From: Bacteroidales bacterium
GTDB lineage: Bacteria > Bacteroidota > Bacteroidia > Bacteroidales > CAIWKO01
Assembly (NCBI GenBank): GCA_035389045.1
Contig: DAOORA010000017.1
Location: 1 to 64,000 of the forward strand
Direction of reading: 5' to 3'
Length of the DNA stretch: 64,000 nt
The notes under the pieces are model-generated. The model ran no database searches. It saw nothing but the letters and a program-made list of their open reading frames with translations, and was not told the DNA's origin. The position numbers and the translations under genes were made by a program. Below, in pieces: positions 37,300-47,977 of this stretch (positions within the stretch are counted from its first letter, which is position 1; the number at the start of each line of letters is the position of its first letter).

Positions 37300-38292
37300 T
37301 TGTTTACACGAATTTTTAAATATCACACGAATTTTCAGATCGCATTTATTTTTATTGCGGCAATTGCACTGTGGATGCCGGCATTCATAAAGGGTTACCC
37401 GCTGTATGAACCCTTCCGCCTGTCGTTCGGATATAATTTTATATACTACAGTTTATATGATGCTAATTTTTTGATTTACACTGCTATAGCTTTTGTTCTG
37501 TTGCTGGGCGAAGCCGTATTTCTTCATGAAATACTCGCCGAATTCAAAATAATTCCCAAAAACTCATACATAACGGCCTTTTTTTATGTCCTGCTTATGA
37601 GTTCTACCCCGCCTTTGCTGACCCTGCACCCGATTCTGATCGTAAACGGGTTGGTGATGATGCTCCTGCTGATGTTTTTCAGGATCAAGACAAAAGAAGA
37701 AGGGTATAAAGAAATCTTCTTATGCGGTCTGCTGACCGGTATCTGTTCGTTGTTCTATTTTAAATCGGCCGGATTAATATGTATTGTCTGGATTTTCCTG
37801 CTGATCTTTCATTTTTTCTCCTGGCGTGAGTGGTTGATCAGCATTACAGGCCTGATGACGGTATACTTGTATTTATTTACTTATTTTCTGCTGACCGATC
37901 AGTTAATGGCAGCGATTAATGAGTACCGCCAGGCATTTACGGTTATTGATTTAGGCGGGTTGGCCGGGCCGGTGTCGGTATATCAGTATTTAACCGTTGC
38001 CATTATGTTGGCGCTTTTTCTGGTTTCTGCAGTAAATATTTATATAATTTCCAGTGACAAGGTCATTTATGTACGAAAGATTTTTAATATCATTTTCTGG
38101 CTGTTCTTACTTAACACCGTGAGTATGTTGTTTCTGATCAGAGATTTTATTTATGAGTTTTCATATTTACTGTTTCCGGTTTCTATAATGGTTTCCTGCT
38201 ATTATGTCAATCAGAGAAAAATTCTTTTAGGCGAAATTGCTTTAACCCTGCTTATTATTTCGATTATACTTCAGAAAGTTTTTATCGGTTAG
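37300..38292 (+). CDS. Integral membrane protein (DUF6427-like)
   Basis: About 9-10 TM segments, TTG start, directly downstream of purD. Confidence 0.6.
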   Translation: MFTRIFKYHTNFQIAFIFIAAIALWMPAFIKGYPLYEPFRLSFGYNFIYYSLYDANFLIYTAIAFVLLLGEAVFLHEILAEFKIIPKNSYITAFFYVLLMSSTPPLLTLHPILIVNGLVMMLLLMFFRIKTKEEGYKEIFLCGLLTGICSLFYFKSAGLICIVWIFLLIFHFFSWREWLISITGLMTVYLYLFTYFLLTDQLMAAINEYRQAFTVIDLGGLAGPVSVYQYLTVAIMLALFLVSAVNIYIISSDKVIYVRKIFNIIFWLFLLNTVSMLFLIRDFIYEFSYLLFPVSIMVSCYYVNQRKILLGEIALTLLIISIILQKVFIG

Positions 38293-38767
38293 TTTTTGCT
38301 ACCGGTCTGAAAAAAATAATGGTTCCCGATACCTTGTCGCGGAGGTTCAGTTCACTTATTCCGACTTTGCGTCCCGAATAACCATTGTTCTGGTGTGCGA
38401 TTTCAAAAATTCCTTTTCCGGATTTATTGTAAACCACCGCAGTATGCTGCCCGTACGTTTCTTTAATTATCTGATTCCCGATTCGGTGTTTCAGCACAAC
38501 ATTATAAAGTTGTATGATATCGCCGGGATAAATGCTGTCAACAGAGGGGTTGAGTTTATTTCCGAAATAAAACTTTCCGTCCCATTCGCAGTTGTTGAGT
38601 GTCAGCGCTTCGTATGCAAGGTCCCAACATTCGCCCCTGTCAACTTTCTTCCCGAGCTGTGCTTTTACATATTCGGTTATCTTCTGGTTTAATTCAGGGA
38701 TTTCCTGGGCGCCGGCGAAAAAGAGAAAAAACATTAAAATGGATACTGTGAAAAAAACTTTTCTCAT
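38282..38767 (-). CDS. Exported small cysteine-peptidase-fold (CHAP/NlpC-like) protein
   Basis: 'GKKVDRGECWDLA' (Cys), 'PGDIIQ', 'QHTAVV' (His), 'AHQN'; signal peptide. Confidence 0.7.
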   Translation of the reverse strand: MRKVFFTVSILMFFLFFAGAQEIPELNQKITEYVKAQLGKKVDRGECWDLAYEALTLNNCEWDGKFYFGNKLNPSVDSIYPGDIIQLYNVVLKHRIGNQIIKETYGQHTAVVYNKSGKGIFEIAHQNNGYSGRKVGISELNLRDKVSGTIIFFRPVAKTNR

Positions 38768-39080
38768 GTTGGGGTTTTCTGAAATATAATAACGTCAGCA
38801 AGGCATAAAATTATATGGACAACCACAAACAAATTTTTGTTGATAAAATAAAATTATTCATTTCCTGTTTTGTTACATCAGAGCTTTAGAAATTGTTTTG
38901 ATTTTATCTTTTCATATCTTTATGCGTCTTTTTTGCTGCAACTTCGTTAGATTTTTCGACATAGGATAAACTATGTCTGCAAAATCTGCCTCGTTTTGCT
39001 AAAAAATCCATCATAATTCTTATGTAACATAAAATCAAAACAGTTTCTTATATATTTTTAATTTTGCAAAAAAAACCTTC

Positions 39081-40565
39081 TTGTCAAATCCTCTCCGAAA
39101 ATTAGCAGGGCAGACAGCCATTTATGGCACAAGCACCATTGTTGCAAGACTGATAAATTATGTGTTGGTACCGATACATACTTATATTTTCAGTCCGGGG
39201 GAATATGGCGTGGTCGGCGAAATGTATGCATATGTGGCTTTGTTGATCGTGCTGCTTACCTATGGCATGGAAACAGCTTTTTTCAGGTTCTATGAAAAAA
39301 AATCAGATGAAAAGGAAAGTGTTTACGGAACAACCATCATTTCTCTATTAGTAAGCTCTCTGGCCTTCCTTATCATTATGTTCATCATGGCAAAGCCTCT
39401 GGCCTCACTGATAAGGTATCCCGACAACAGCGAATATATTATCTGGTTTTCACTGATCATCGTGTTCGATGCTGTTTCAACTATTCCTTTTGCGAAACTT
39501 AGGGCGCTGAACCGTCCGAAAATGTTTGCGTTTTTCAAGATTTTCAGTATTACCATATGTTTTTTGCTCAATATTATTTTTCTTTATGTCCTTCCGTATT
39601 TATATAAAAATCACATCCTGTATGAAGTGGTTTCTTTTGTTTATGATCCCGCTGTCGGTGTCGGATACATTTTTATTGCCAATCTTATTTCTTCCGGCAC
39701 CACGGTGTTGCTTTTATTTATCATGCTGCCGCATAAGAAACTGCATTTTGACAAGGCCGTATGGAAACGCATGATGCAATATGCGTTGCCCCTGCTGATT
39801 TTTGGCCTGGCCGGAAACATAAACGAAACGTTCGACCGCATCTTGTTAAAGTACTTGTCGCCGGCCGATATCGCCTCATCACAGGTAGGTATATATTCGG
39901 CATGTTATAAACTGTCCATACTGATGACCATTGCCATACAGGGATTTAAATATGCCGCAGAGCCCTTCTTCTTTTCTTATGCCAAAGAAACCGACGCAAA
40001 GGAAATTTATGCCAAAGTGATGAATTATTTTGTGATCGTTTGCCTGTTGATTTTCCTGGGTGTCATGTTCTATATTGATATCGTAAAATACTTTATCGGT
40101 GAAAAATTTCATGAAGGATTGGGTATAGTACCCATTCTGTTGGTGGCCAACATGTTCTTAGGTGTTTTTTACAACCTGTCCATCTGGTACAAACTTACAG
40201 ACAGAACAAGGTTTGGCGCATACCTGTCAGTTTTTGGAGCAATGGTGACTTTGGTAATGAATGTTTTGCTCATTCCTGTGATCGGATATACGGGCTCTGC
40301 CTGGGCAACATTTACCTGTTATTGCGCCATGATGGTCCTTTCATATTTTCTTGGACAAAAGTATTATTATGTCAAATATAATATAAAAAAGATATTGGGA
40401 TATCTGGCTTTTGCACTGATATTGTATTTTATAAGCTGGTTGATAAGAGATATCCCTGTAGCTATAAAGCTGACGATTAATACATTGTTGTTGCTGCTTT
40501 ATGTTATTGTGATCATTTATTTTGAAAAACCGTCACTGCTGAAATACATCAAAATCAGAAAATAA
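39081..40565 (+). CDS. Polysaccharide biosynthesis flippase (MOP/Wzx family)
   Basis: 'LAGQTAIYG', '[12 protein letters not shown]', 'INETFDR', 'AAEPFFF'; about 14 TM segments. Confidence 0.88.
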   Translation: MSNPLRKLAGQTAIYGTSTIVARLINYVLVPIHTYIFSPGEYGVVGEMYAYVALLIVLLTYGMETAFFRFYEKKSDEKESVYGTTIISLLVSSLAFLIIMFIMAKPLASLIRYPDNSEYIIWFSLIIVFDAVSTIPFAKLRALNRPKMFAFFKIFSITICFLLNIIFLYVLPYLYKNHILYEVVSFVYDPAVGVGYIFIANLISSGTTVLLLFIMLPHKKLHFDKAVWKRMMQYALPLLIFGLAGNINETFDRILLKYLSPADIASSQVGIYSACYKLSILMTIAIQGFKYAAEPFFFSYAKETDAKEIYAKVMNYFVIVCLLIFLGVMFYIDIVKYFIGEKFHEGLGIVPILLVANMFLGVFYNLSIWYKLTDRTRFGAYLSVFGAMVTLVMNVLLIPVIGYTGSAWATFTCYCAMMVLSYFLGQKYYYVKYNIKKILGYLAFALILYFISWLIRDIPVAIKLTINTLLLLLYVIVIIYFEKPSLLKYIKIRK

Positions 40566-40999
40566 TGAATGTGAAAATTGTAAACAAATCCAGGCACCCT
40601 TTACCAAAATATGAAACCGAAGCCTCAGCGGGAATGGATCTGCGTGCTCACCTTGATGTGCCGGTTACCCTGAAACCATTGCAACGGGCGCTTGTCCCTA
40701 CGGGACTATTTATTGAGGTCCCCGTCGGTTATGAAGCACAGGTCAGGCCGCGCAGCGGGCTTGCCATAAAGAAAGGCGTTACGGTGCTGAATACCCCGGG
40801 AACAATTGATGCCGATTACCGTGGTGAGGTCATGGTTATTCTGGTTAACCTGTCTTCCGAAGACTTTATTATTAACGACGGCGAGAGGGTGGCACAGATG
40901 ATCATTGCAAAACACGAAAATGCAGCATGGGTTGAAGTCAGTGAACTGAAAATGTCTGGCCGTGGTGAAGGCGGCTTTGGTCATACGGGCAACAAATAG
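40565..40999 (+). CDS. dut: dUTP diphosphatase
   Basis: 'SAGMDL', 'RPRSGLA', '[10 protein letters not shown]', '[10 protein letters not shown]'. Confidence 0.97.
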   Translation: MNVKIVNKSRHPLPKYETEASAGMDLRAHLDVPVTLKPLQRALVPTGLFIEVPVGYEAQVRPRSGLAIKKGVTVLNTPGTIDADYRGEVMVILVNLSSEDFIINDGERVAQMIIAKHENAAWVEVSELKMSGRGEGGFGHTGNK

Positions 41000-41158
41000 T
41001 CACTTCTCTTAAAATTTGTTAAAAATACCATTCCGGGAGGGCTTATAACCAACTGACTGTCAGATAATAATAAATTAGTGTGAATCATAATGGAAAAAAA
41101 CGCTTTGCCATGTCTGAATTAATATTTTTCTTTGCAACCTTATTTTAAAATTTTTATT

Positions 41159-41395
41159 ATGTCAGACATTACAGCAAGAGTAAAAGCTATCATAGTTGAT
41201 AAGCTTGGCGTGGACGAAAATGAAGTTACACCTGAAGCAAGTTTCACCAATGATCTGGGTGCAGATTCTCTTGATACTGTTGAATTGATCATGGAATTTG
41301 AAAAAGAATTCAACATAGCCATCCCCGATGAAGAAGCAGAAAAGATCGGGACTGTTGGCGATGCCGTCAAGTATATTGAAAATAACACCAAGTAA
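41159..41395 (+). CDS. acpP: Acyl carrier protein
   Basis: '[17 protein letters not shown]'; ATG at 41159. Confidence 0.97.
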   Translation: MSDITARVKAIIVDKLGVDENEVTPEASFTNDLGADSLDTVELIMEFEKEFNIAIPDEEAEKIGTVGDAVKYIENNTK

Positions 41396-41406
41396 GATAT
41401 TTTTTA

Positions 41407-42660
41407 ATGGAATTACGTCGGGTTGTTGTTACCGGGCTTGGTGCAATAACCCCAATTGGTAATAATCTCGCGGATTATTGGGAATCGTTACTTTCTGGGG
41501 TAAGTGGTTCTGCATTGATCACCCGGTTTGATACGGCTAACTTCAAGACAAAATTTGCCTGTGAAGTTAAAAATTATGATGTTAATACGTATTTCGACCG
41601 GAAAGAGGCTAAGAAGCTGGATCTTTATGCACAATATGCTATGGTGGCAGCCCAGGAAGCATTTGATGATGCCCGGCTTGGCGTTTCAGTTCTAGACTTG
41701 AACAGAGCGGGAGTGATATGGGGCTCCGGAATCGGGGGGCTGGATACTTTTACAGAAGAGATATCTGCATTTGCTAAAAGTGATGGCACACCACGGTTTA
41801 ATCCTTTTTTTATTCCCAAGATGATTTCCGATATAGCTGGCGGAAATATTTCGATTAAATTTGGTTTTAAAGGCCCAAACTATTCAACTACTGCTGCTTG
41901 TGCCTCATCATCACATGCCATCATTGATGCCTTCAATTATTTGCGTCTCGGCAAAGCAGATGTGTTTATTGCCGGAGGTTCTGAGGCCGCAATAGGTATT
42001 GGCGGTATTGGCGGCTTTAATGCCATGCACGCCATCTCGACACGTAACGATGATCCTTCCACTGCTTCACGCCCTTTTGATAAGGATCGTGATGGCTTTG
42101 TACTTGGCGAAGGCAGCGGCGCATTGATACTTGAAACACTGGAACATGCCATAAAAAGAGGGGCGAAGATATATTGTGAAGTCGTCGGAGGAGGGCTATC
42201 TGCTGATGCATACCACATCACACAACCACATCCCGAAGGCGACGGCGCATACCGCGTTATGATAAATGCTCTGGAAGATGCTGAAATGAGTCCCGCTGAT
42301 ATTGATTATATCAATACACACGGCACTTCCACCCCGCTGGGTGATATCTCCGAGACAAAAGCCGTTATCGCTGCATTCGGAGAACACGCCTATAAAATGA
42401 ACCTCAGTTCAACAAAATCGATGACCGGTCATTTGCTGGGAGCTGCCGGAGCTGTTGAATCTATTGCGACGATACTGTCTGTGATGAAAAATATCATACC
42501 TCCTACCATAAATCATTTCACCGACGACACTGAACTGGACAGCAGAATAAACTTTACTTTTCACAAACCCCAACAGCGTGAAGTAAGAGCTGCCCTGTGT
42601 AATACTTTTGGGTTTGGCGGTCACAATGCTACCATAGTTTTTAAGAAATATAACGGATAA
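41407..42660 (+). CDS. fabF: 3-oxoacyl-ACP synthase II
   Basis: 'TAACASS', 'HGTST', 'KSMTGHLLGAAG', 'FGFGGHN'. Confidence 0.97.
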   Translation: MELRRVVVTGLGAITPIGNNLADYWESLLSGVSGSALITRFDTANFKTKFACEVKNYDVNTYFDRKEAKKLDLYAQYAMVAAQEAFDDARLGVSVLDLNRAGVIWGSGIGGLDTFTEEISAFAKSDGTPRFNPFFIPKMISDIAGGNISIKFGFKGPNYSTTAACASSSHAIIDAFNYLRLGKADVFIAGGSEAAIGIGGIGGFNAMHAISTRNDDPSTASRPFDKDRDGFVLGEGSGALILETLEHAIKRGAKIYCEVVGGGLSADAYHITQPHPEGDGAYRVMINALEDAEMSPADIDYINTHGTSTPLGDISETKAVIAAFGEHAYKMNLSSTKSMTGHLLGAAGAVESIATILSVMKNIIPPTINHFTDDTELDSRINFTFHKPQQREVRAALCNTFGFGGHNATIVFKKYNG

Positions 42661-42741
42661 TCTTTCACGGCTACGGTTACCAATAAAGAACTCTCACGGA
42701 CCCTTAAAAATATTCTCGGTTTTACACCGGGAAATATTAAT

Positions 42742-43380
42742 TTGTACCAGCTTGCCTTTCTACACCGTTCCGCGGCAAAAGAAATATTAAGCGGTCATAA
42801 AAATTCCAATGAACGCCTCGAATACCTTGGCGACGCTGTTTTAAGTTCTGTTGTTGCCGATTATCTTTTCAGAAAATATCCTTTGAAAGATGAAGGCTTC
42901 CTGACAGAAATGAGATCGAAGCTGGTAAGCAGGCCACATCTGAACAAACTTTCGGAAAAACTCGGACTGGACAAACTGATTCAGTCCGACCAGGAAAACG
43001 GCGGCATATACAAATCGATGAACGGGGATGCCTTCGAAGCACTGATTGGTGCCATATATCTGGACAAAGGGTATAAGATGGTAGCCAAAGTTGTCATTGA
43101 CCGTATTTTAAAATGCCATGTAGATATTGACGCCATTGAAAAAACAGAGCTGAATTATAAAAGTGTTCTGATTGAAATGGCACAAAAAGAAAAAAAATCC
43201 GTGGATTTTAAGGTCATAAATGAAACAGGCAAGGGCTTTCATAAGCAGTACGCCGTTCAGGTTTTTTATGATAATAAGTCTGTTGCAAGAGGTTATGGAC
43301 GTACCATCAAAGAAGCCGAACAAAACGGAGCCGAGAACGCATTTAACAACCTGAACCCTCAGGGCGTTTCAAAAACATAA
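42742..43380 (+). CDS. rnc: Ribonuclease III (true start probably further upstream; see findings)
   Basis: 'NERLEYLGDAVL', 'GDAFEALIGAIYLDKG', C-terminal dsRBD 'GYGRTIKEAEQNGA'. Confidence 0.93.
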   Translation: MYQLAFLHRSAAKEILSGHKNSNERLEYLGDAVLSSVVADYLFRKYPLKDEGFLTEMRSKLVSRPHLNKLSEKLGLDKLIQSDQENGGIYKSMNGDAFEALIGAIYLDKGYKMVAKVVIDRILKCHVDIDAIEKTELNYKSVLIEMAQKEKKSVDFKVINETGKGFHKQYAVQVFYDNKSVARGYGRTIKEAEQNGAENAFNNLNPQGVSKT

Positions 43381-43520
43381 AAAAATCGTACTTTTATTAA
43401 AAAATGTATTTTTGCCCTGTTAAATTGCTTTCGCAGGAAAATACCTGTATGGGTCAAGAAAACATCAGGATTCCGTTTAAAGTACGGACAATGCTGTAAT
43501 TTTATTTTAGAATAAAATAA

Positions 43521-45299
43521 ATGAAAAAAGGCAAAAAAATAGTTGACCGTTTTATGGTCTGGCGTATCAGACATATCAGCGACAGAAACCTCCTGATGCT
43601 GTTGAGTATGTTCTGCGGATTTGTGTCGGGAGTGTTTGCCGTATTTATAAAAAACTTTGTTTATTTTATTGAAAGTCTGAAATTTATTGAAGAATCAAAT
43701 GGTATCATACATTATGAATTATTTTTTTACCCGGTCATTGGAATTTTTCTTGCTATACTTTTCAAAAAATACATAGTAAAAAAGGATCTGAGATATGGTA
43801 TTCCGGGGGTTCTGAGCGCTATTTCGAGACAATCCGGCTATATTCCGCCCCAAAATATTTATGCTCCGGCAATTGCTACTTCGGTAACCCTCGGATTCGG
43901 TGGTTCCGTGGGAATGGAAGGCCCTGCTGTAAACACAGGAGGGGCTATCGGGTCAAATATCGGGCGGTGGATGGGGCTGCAGTACAAACAGATTGTTTTA
44001 CTCATTGCCTGCGGTTCCGCTGCTTCCATTGCGGGACTTTTCAAAGCCCCGGTTACAGGGGTTGTATTTGCCCTTGAAGTACTCATGATAGACCTTTCCA
44101 TGGCCTCGCTGGTACCTCTTTTGATTGCGTCGGTAACCGGAACCCTGACCTCATATTTCTTTCTCGGGCAAAATGTTATTTATCATATTTCCGCTTTGGA
44201 TCCTATGGATTTTTCAAACTTGCCGTACTATGCCGTTCTTGGAATTTTTTGCGGATTCATCTCGGTATATTTTACCCGTGTGCTGATGTTTTTTAATAAA
44301 TATTTTAACAGAGTCAAAAATATTTATGTGAGAATGTTGGTCTGCGGCGTGTTACTCGGCGGTCTTGTGCTTTTATTACCGGCTTTATACGGGGAAGGTT
44401 ATCACCAGATAAATTTATGCCTTAAAGGACAGACACAGTTTGTGTTTGACAATAGCTTTTTCGGCTCGTTCAGCAACAGCATGGGGGCGGTTATTATCAT
44501 TCTGGCCGCCATTATTGTCTTTAAAGTAATAGCAACTTCGCTCACCTTTAGCGCCGGCGGGGTGGGCGGTATTTTCGGACCCACATTGTTTTTAGGTGCA
44601 GTTACGGGTTTGCTGTTTACGTTAGTGGTAAGCTATCTGAATATCGGTAATATCCCGGCAACAAAATTTGCGCTTGCCGGCATGACGGGTATTCTGACAG
44701 GTGTTATGCACGCCCCGCTGACCGGTATATTCCTGATTGCTGAAATAACCGACGGATACCATATGATCGTCCCGCTGATCATAACGGCCTCCATCTCATA
44801 CCTCACCATCAAATCTTTTATTCCCTATTCGGTGGACGCCATTGAACTGGCAGAAAAAGGAGAACTGATCACCCATGATAAGGACAAGACGGTTTTAAAT
44901 CTTATGAAAATAGATAAACTGATAGAAACCAATTTTATTACCGTTTCTCCTGATGATTACCTGGGTCAGTTGGTGAAGGTTATCGCCCGTTCAGAAAGGA
45001 ACATCTTCCCCGTGGTTGATCATGATAATAATCTGATGGGCATTATTTTTCTTAATGATATTCGTGATATTATCTTTAACCAGTCGCTCTACGGAAAATT
45101 ATTTGTCCATAATCTCATGTTTATGCCATCACCCATTGTTGATCCTGACGAATCGATGGAAGAAGTGGCCATGAAATTTGAAAAAACAGATAATTACAAC
45201 CTGCCGGTGGTGAAAAACGGGAAATATATAGGTTTTGTTTCACGGGCGAATTTCTTTTCGCAATACAGGCAAATGATAAAGCAGTTTTCTGAAGAATAA
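43521..45299 (+). CDS. ClC chloride channel/antiporter with CBS domains
   Basis: 'GIPGV', 'GGSVGMEGP', 'GGIFGP' and tandem C-terminal CBS domains. Confidence 0.92.
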   Translation: MKKGKKIVDRFMVWRIRHISDRNLLMLLSMFCGFVSGVFAVFIKNFVYFIESLKFIEESNGIIHYELFFYPVIGIFLAILFKKYIVKKDLRYGIPGVLSAISRQSGYIPPQNIYAPAIATSVTLGFGGSVGMEGPAVNTGGAIGSNIGRWMGLQYKQIVLLIACGSAASIAGLFKAPVTGVVFALEVLMIDLSMASLVPLLIASVTGTLTSYFFLGQNVIYHISALDPMDFSNLPYYAVLGIFCGFISVYFTRVLMFFNKYFNRVKNIYVRMLVCGVLLGGLVLLLPALYGEGYHQINLCLKGQTQFVFDNSFFGSFSNSMGAVIIILAAIIVFKVIATSLTFSAGGVGGIFGPTLFLGAVTGLLFTLVVSYLNIGNIPATKFALAGMTGILTGVMHAPLTGIFLIAEITDGYHMIVPLIITASISYLTIKSFIPYSVDAIELAEKGELITHDKDKTVLNLMKIDKLIETNFITVSPDDYLGQLVKVIARSERNIFPVVDHDNNLMGIIFLNDIRDIIFNQSLYGKLFVHNLMFMPSPIVDPDESMEEVAMKFEKTDNYNLPVVKNGKYIGFVSRANFFSQYRQMIKQFSEE

Positions 45300-45300
45300 T

Positions 45301-45744
45301 ATGGGAAAAAAAACAAAAGCCGGTCTCGAAATTTTTGCTCCTGAAACAGGCAAAAAGATATCTTTACCATTTTATGTCGCAAAAATATCTGCCGGATTTC
45401 CTTCACCCGCCGAGGATTTCATTGAACGGAAACTCGATCTCAACGAATACCTGATCAAAAATCCCAGCGCTACCTTTTTTGTGAAAGTTTCCGGCCAGTC
45501 CATGATCAATGCCGGAATTCACGACGGCGACATCCTGGTGGTAGACCGTTCGGCAGAACCGGCAAATAACAGAATAGTGATCGGCGTCGTAAACGGAGAG
45601 TTTACTGTTAAAAGGTTGCTGAAGAAAAATACCAAATTATTTCTTGTCCCCGAAAATACTGATTACAAACCCATTGAGATCAATGAAACCATGGATGTTT
45701 CCATCTGGGGCGTGGTCACTTATACGATCAGGAAACTGGTATAA
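45301..45744 (+). CDS. umuD: UmuD/S24 peptidase (Pol V accessory subunit)
   Basis: 'SAGFPSPAED', 'VSGQSMINAGIHDGD', 'EFTVKRL', 'IWGVVT'. Confidence 0.93.
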   Translation: MGKKTKAGLEIFAPETGKKISLPFYVAKISAGFPSPAEDFIERKLDLNEYLIKNPSATFFVKVSGQSMINAGIHDGDILVVDRSAEPANNRIVIGVVNGEFTVKRLLKKNTKLFLVPENTDYKPIEINETMDVSIWGVVTYTIRKLV

Positions 45745-45746
45745 AC

Positions 45747-46256
45747 TCAGTGTTTTTTCAGAACGATCTCCGGTGTCGAGATAATATTGCTTTCATGCAG
45801 GGCGCGGTCGGCAATATAAGCTTCAAACCGGATAGTATCATATACAGAAAAAGGATTATTGATAAACAGTTCAATTTCGATTTCCCCTTTAAGTGCGCCA
45901 TTGCTGCTGGTAGATTCCAACACGGGTATTCTTGAATTAAACGTAACGGAGGGTATCACTTCAACAAATTCACCATGTTGTTTTTCAAAATACGAAATAA
46001 AAAAATTATAATAGTATTTGCTGCCTTTATCGAATGGTGGCAGGGTATCCCAATCGGCAAGGCCCATATCGTTATCCCCGTCGGTGAAATATATTTTCAG
46101 AATACCCTTTTCGTCAATAGTACCTGAATTCTGGATCTTGTTAAAATCCAGAAATTCAATGTGCGGTATTTCAGGAAAATCTTCTTCTTTGGTGCATGAT
46201 ACTGCTATCATCAGCATAATCATCACAGAGATTATTATCGTGAGACGGGCCTTCAT
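45747..46256 (-). CDS. Hypothetical lipoprotein
   Basis: Lipobox 'AVSCTKEED', 'FTDGDNDMGL', 'DRALHESNII.TP'. ATG at 46256. Confidence 0.75.
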   Translation of the reverse strand: MKARLTIIISVMIMLMIAVSCTKEEDFPEIPHIEFLDFNKIQNSGTIDEKGILKIYFTDGDNDMGLADWDTLPPFDKGSKYYYNFFISYFEKQHGEFVEVIPSVTFNSRIPVLESTSSNGALKGEIEIELFINNPFSVYDTIRFEAYIADRALHESNIISTPEIVLKKH

Positions 46257-46307
46257 CTGAAGAATATGATTAAATTTGAATATAAAATTACACAAAAAAA
46301 TAATGCG

Positions 46308-47288
46308 ATGGATTTTGAGAAACTTAAATCTTCGATATTTAATATTGCCACTTTTAATGAGTTCAATACAGTTGCTTTACAAATTTATTATTTTCAATAT
46401 CAGCATAACGCTCTTTACCGTAAATTTGTTGATCTGCTGCCGGTAAAATTTAAAGAAATAACCTCATGCTATGATATACCATGCCTGCCCGTGGGATTTT
46501 ATAAAACCCACGAAATATGCAGCATCAGTTCACCGCCGGAGCTGATTTTTAAAAGCAGCGGAACAAGTTCCGGCACGCAAAGCCGAAGCCTGGTGTTTTC
46601 AAAGACTCTTTACGAGAAAAGTATTTTAAAGAGTTTTTCATCATTCTGGGGAAATCCTGAAGATTATACGATACTGGCGCTGGTACCGGATTATAAAACC
46701 GCTCAGGATTCTTCTCTGGCGTTTATGCTCGATTTTCTGATCCGAAAGTCAGGGCACCGGCAAAGCGGTTTCTATATGAACAACTATGATGAACTGAAAA
46801 AAATTCTGTTTGACGGTTCTGACAGAAAAAAAATCTTATTCGGGATCACGTATGCACTTATGGACTTTGCCACAAAGCATAGTAGCGGCCTTAAAAATAC
46901 CATTATCATTGAAACCGGAGGGATGAAAGGCCGGAGAAAAGAGATTACACGAGAAGAGCTGCATGATTTTTTACGAAACAAGTTGGGTATCAGTAGGATA
47001 TATTCCGAATACAGTATGTGCGAACTGATGTCACAGGCCTATTCGTCAGGCGAATCATATTATACGCCGCCGCCCTGGATGAAAGTCTTTATCCGGGAGT
47101 TAAATGATCCTTTAACAACAGTTAGAAATGAAAAAAGCGGGGGAATAAACATTATTGACCTGGCTAATATGCATACCTGTTCATTTGTTTCAACACAAGA
47201 TATCGGAATAGTGCTTGAAAATGGAACATTTGATGTGCTGGGCCGATTTGACTACAGCGATGTCAGGGGCTGCAGTTTACTCGGATGA
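46308..47288 (+). CDS. LuxE/PaaK-like acyl-protein synthetase family protein
   Basis: 'FKSSGTS', 'IIETGGMKG', 'SEYSMCEL', 'STQDIG', 'LGR...RGCS'. Confidence 0.85.
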   Translation: MDFEKLKSSIFNIATFNEFNTVALQIYYFQYQHNALYRKFVDLLPVKFKEITSCYDIPCLPVGFYKTHEICSISSPPELIFKSSGTSSGTQSRSLVFSKTLYEKSILKSFSSFWGNPEDYTILALVPDYKTAQDSSLAFMLDFLIRKSGHRQSGFYMNNYDELKKILFDGSDRKKILFGITYALMDFATKHSSGLKNTIIIETGGMKGRRKEITREELHDFLRNKLGISRIYSEYSMCELMSQAYSSGESYYTPPPWMKVFIRELNDPLTTVRNEKSGGINIIDLANMHTCSFVSTQDIGIVLENGTFDVLGRFDYSDVRGCSLLG

Positions 47289-47362
47289 TTATTTTATTTT
47301 AAGTCCTGCTTTTTCCAAATTAGTTTATATATTTGTGGCTGAAACCTGAAAATACATTATCA

Positions 47363-47587
47363 ATGAGAAAAATATTATTTGTTTTTGTTGCTGTCGTAGC
47401 GGTTATTGCTCTTGCATCGTGTAAAAAATGTGTTACCTGTAGCTATGAGTATGATTATCTTGGAGAAAAACAAGTGGTCACGTATCCGCAGGAATGTGGC
47501 AGCAGTAAAAAAATTAAAGATTTTAAGGCCACCGTTGAAGCTGATGCCAACCGCCACGGCGTTGAATCATCATGCACTAATGATTAA
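47363..47587 (+). CDS. Small Cys-rich lipoprotein
   Basis: Lipobox 'LASCKKCVTC' plus two further Cys. Confidence 0.65.
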   Translation: MRKILFVFVAVVAVIALASCKKCVTCSYEYDYLGEKQVVTYPQECGSSKKIKDFKATVEADANRHGVESSCTND

Positions 47588-47812
47588 TAATATTTATATT
47601 GGATTGTGATATATGGCCACAGCGCTGTGTCACAAATCTTCTCTTCTGTAATCTTTATTCAGCAATAATTGTTGCAACAATTATTGCTGTTTTTTTTGCA
47701 CGGTCTTTATTTGTTTTACACCCTGCAATTTCATGATGCACCTTCCGGCCATATCCCGGTCAGTAAAAGTAAAAATCCTGTTTCTTAAAGAATGGTAAAT
47801 AGTATTACTAAA

Positions 47813-47977
47813 GGGCATCTCTGTTAATCCTGATCGGGCGCTTCTACAAAAAAGTTTGAGGCAGTCGAAGTTCTGAAAACCGCAGTGTACTAAACGTACA
47901 TGCAGTGTTGAGCCTGCCGAGCGCAAGGATTTGAAGAACGAAGACGAAGAAGAATTTTGAAGTTTTTTGAGGTGCCC
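47813..47977. mobile_element. MITE-like non-autonomous element (165 bp)
   Basis: Terminal inverted repeats GGGCATCTC / GAGGTGCCC (8/9 match), flanked on both sides by TAAA (47809-47812 and 47978-47981); internal GTGTAC-TAAAC-GTACAT hairpin; no transposase ORF. Confidence 0.65.

Noticed and set aside
41159..47288. acpP/fabF plus the LuxE-like gene as a secondary-metabolite or luminescence cluster
   Set aside because: acpP-fabF-rnc is the standard Bacteroidota housekeeping arrangement. The LuxE-like gene is separate and no luxAB/C/D genes are present.
47681..47926. 81-aa minus-strand ORF
   Set aside because: It starts inside the MITE-like element and has no recognisable motif, so it is probably spurious.
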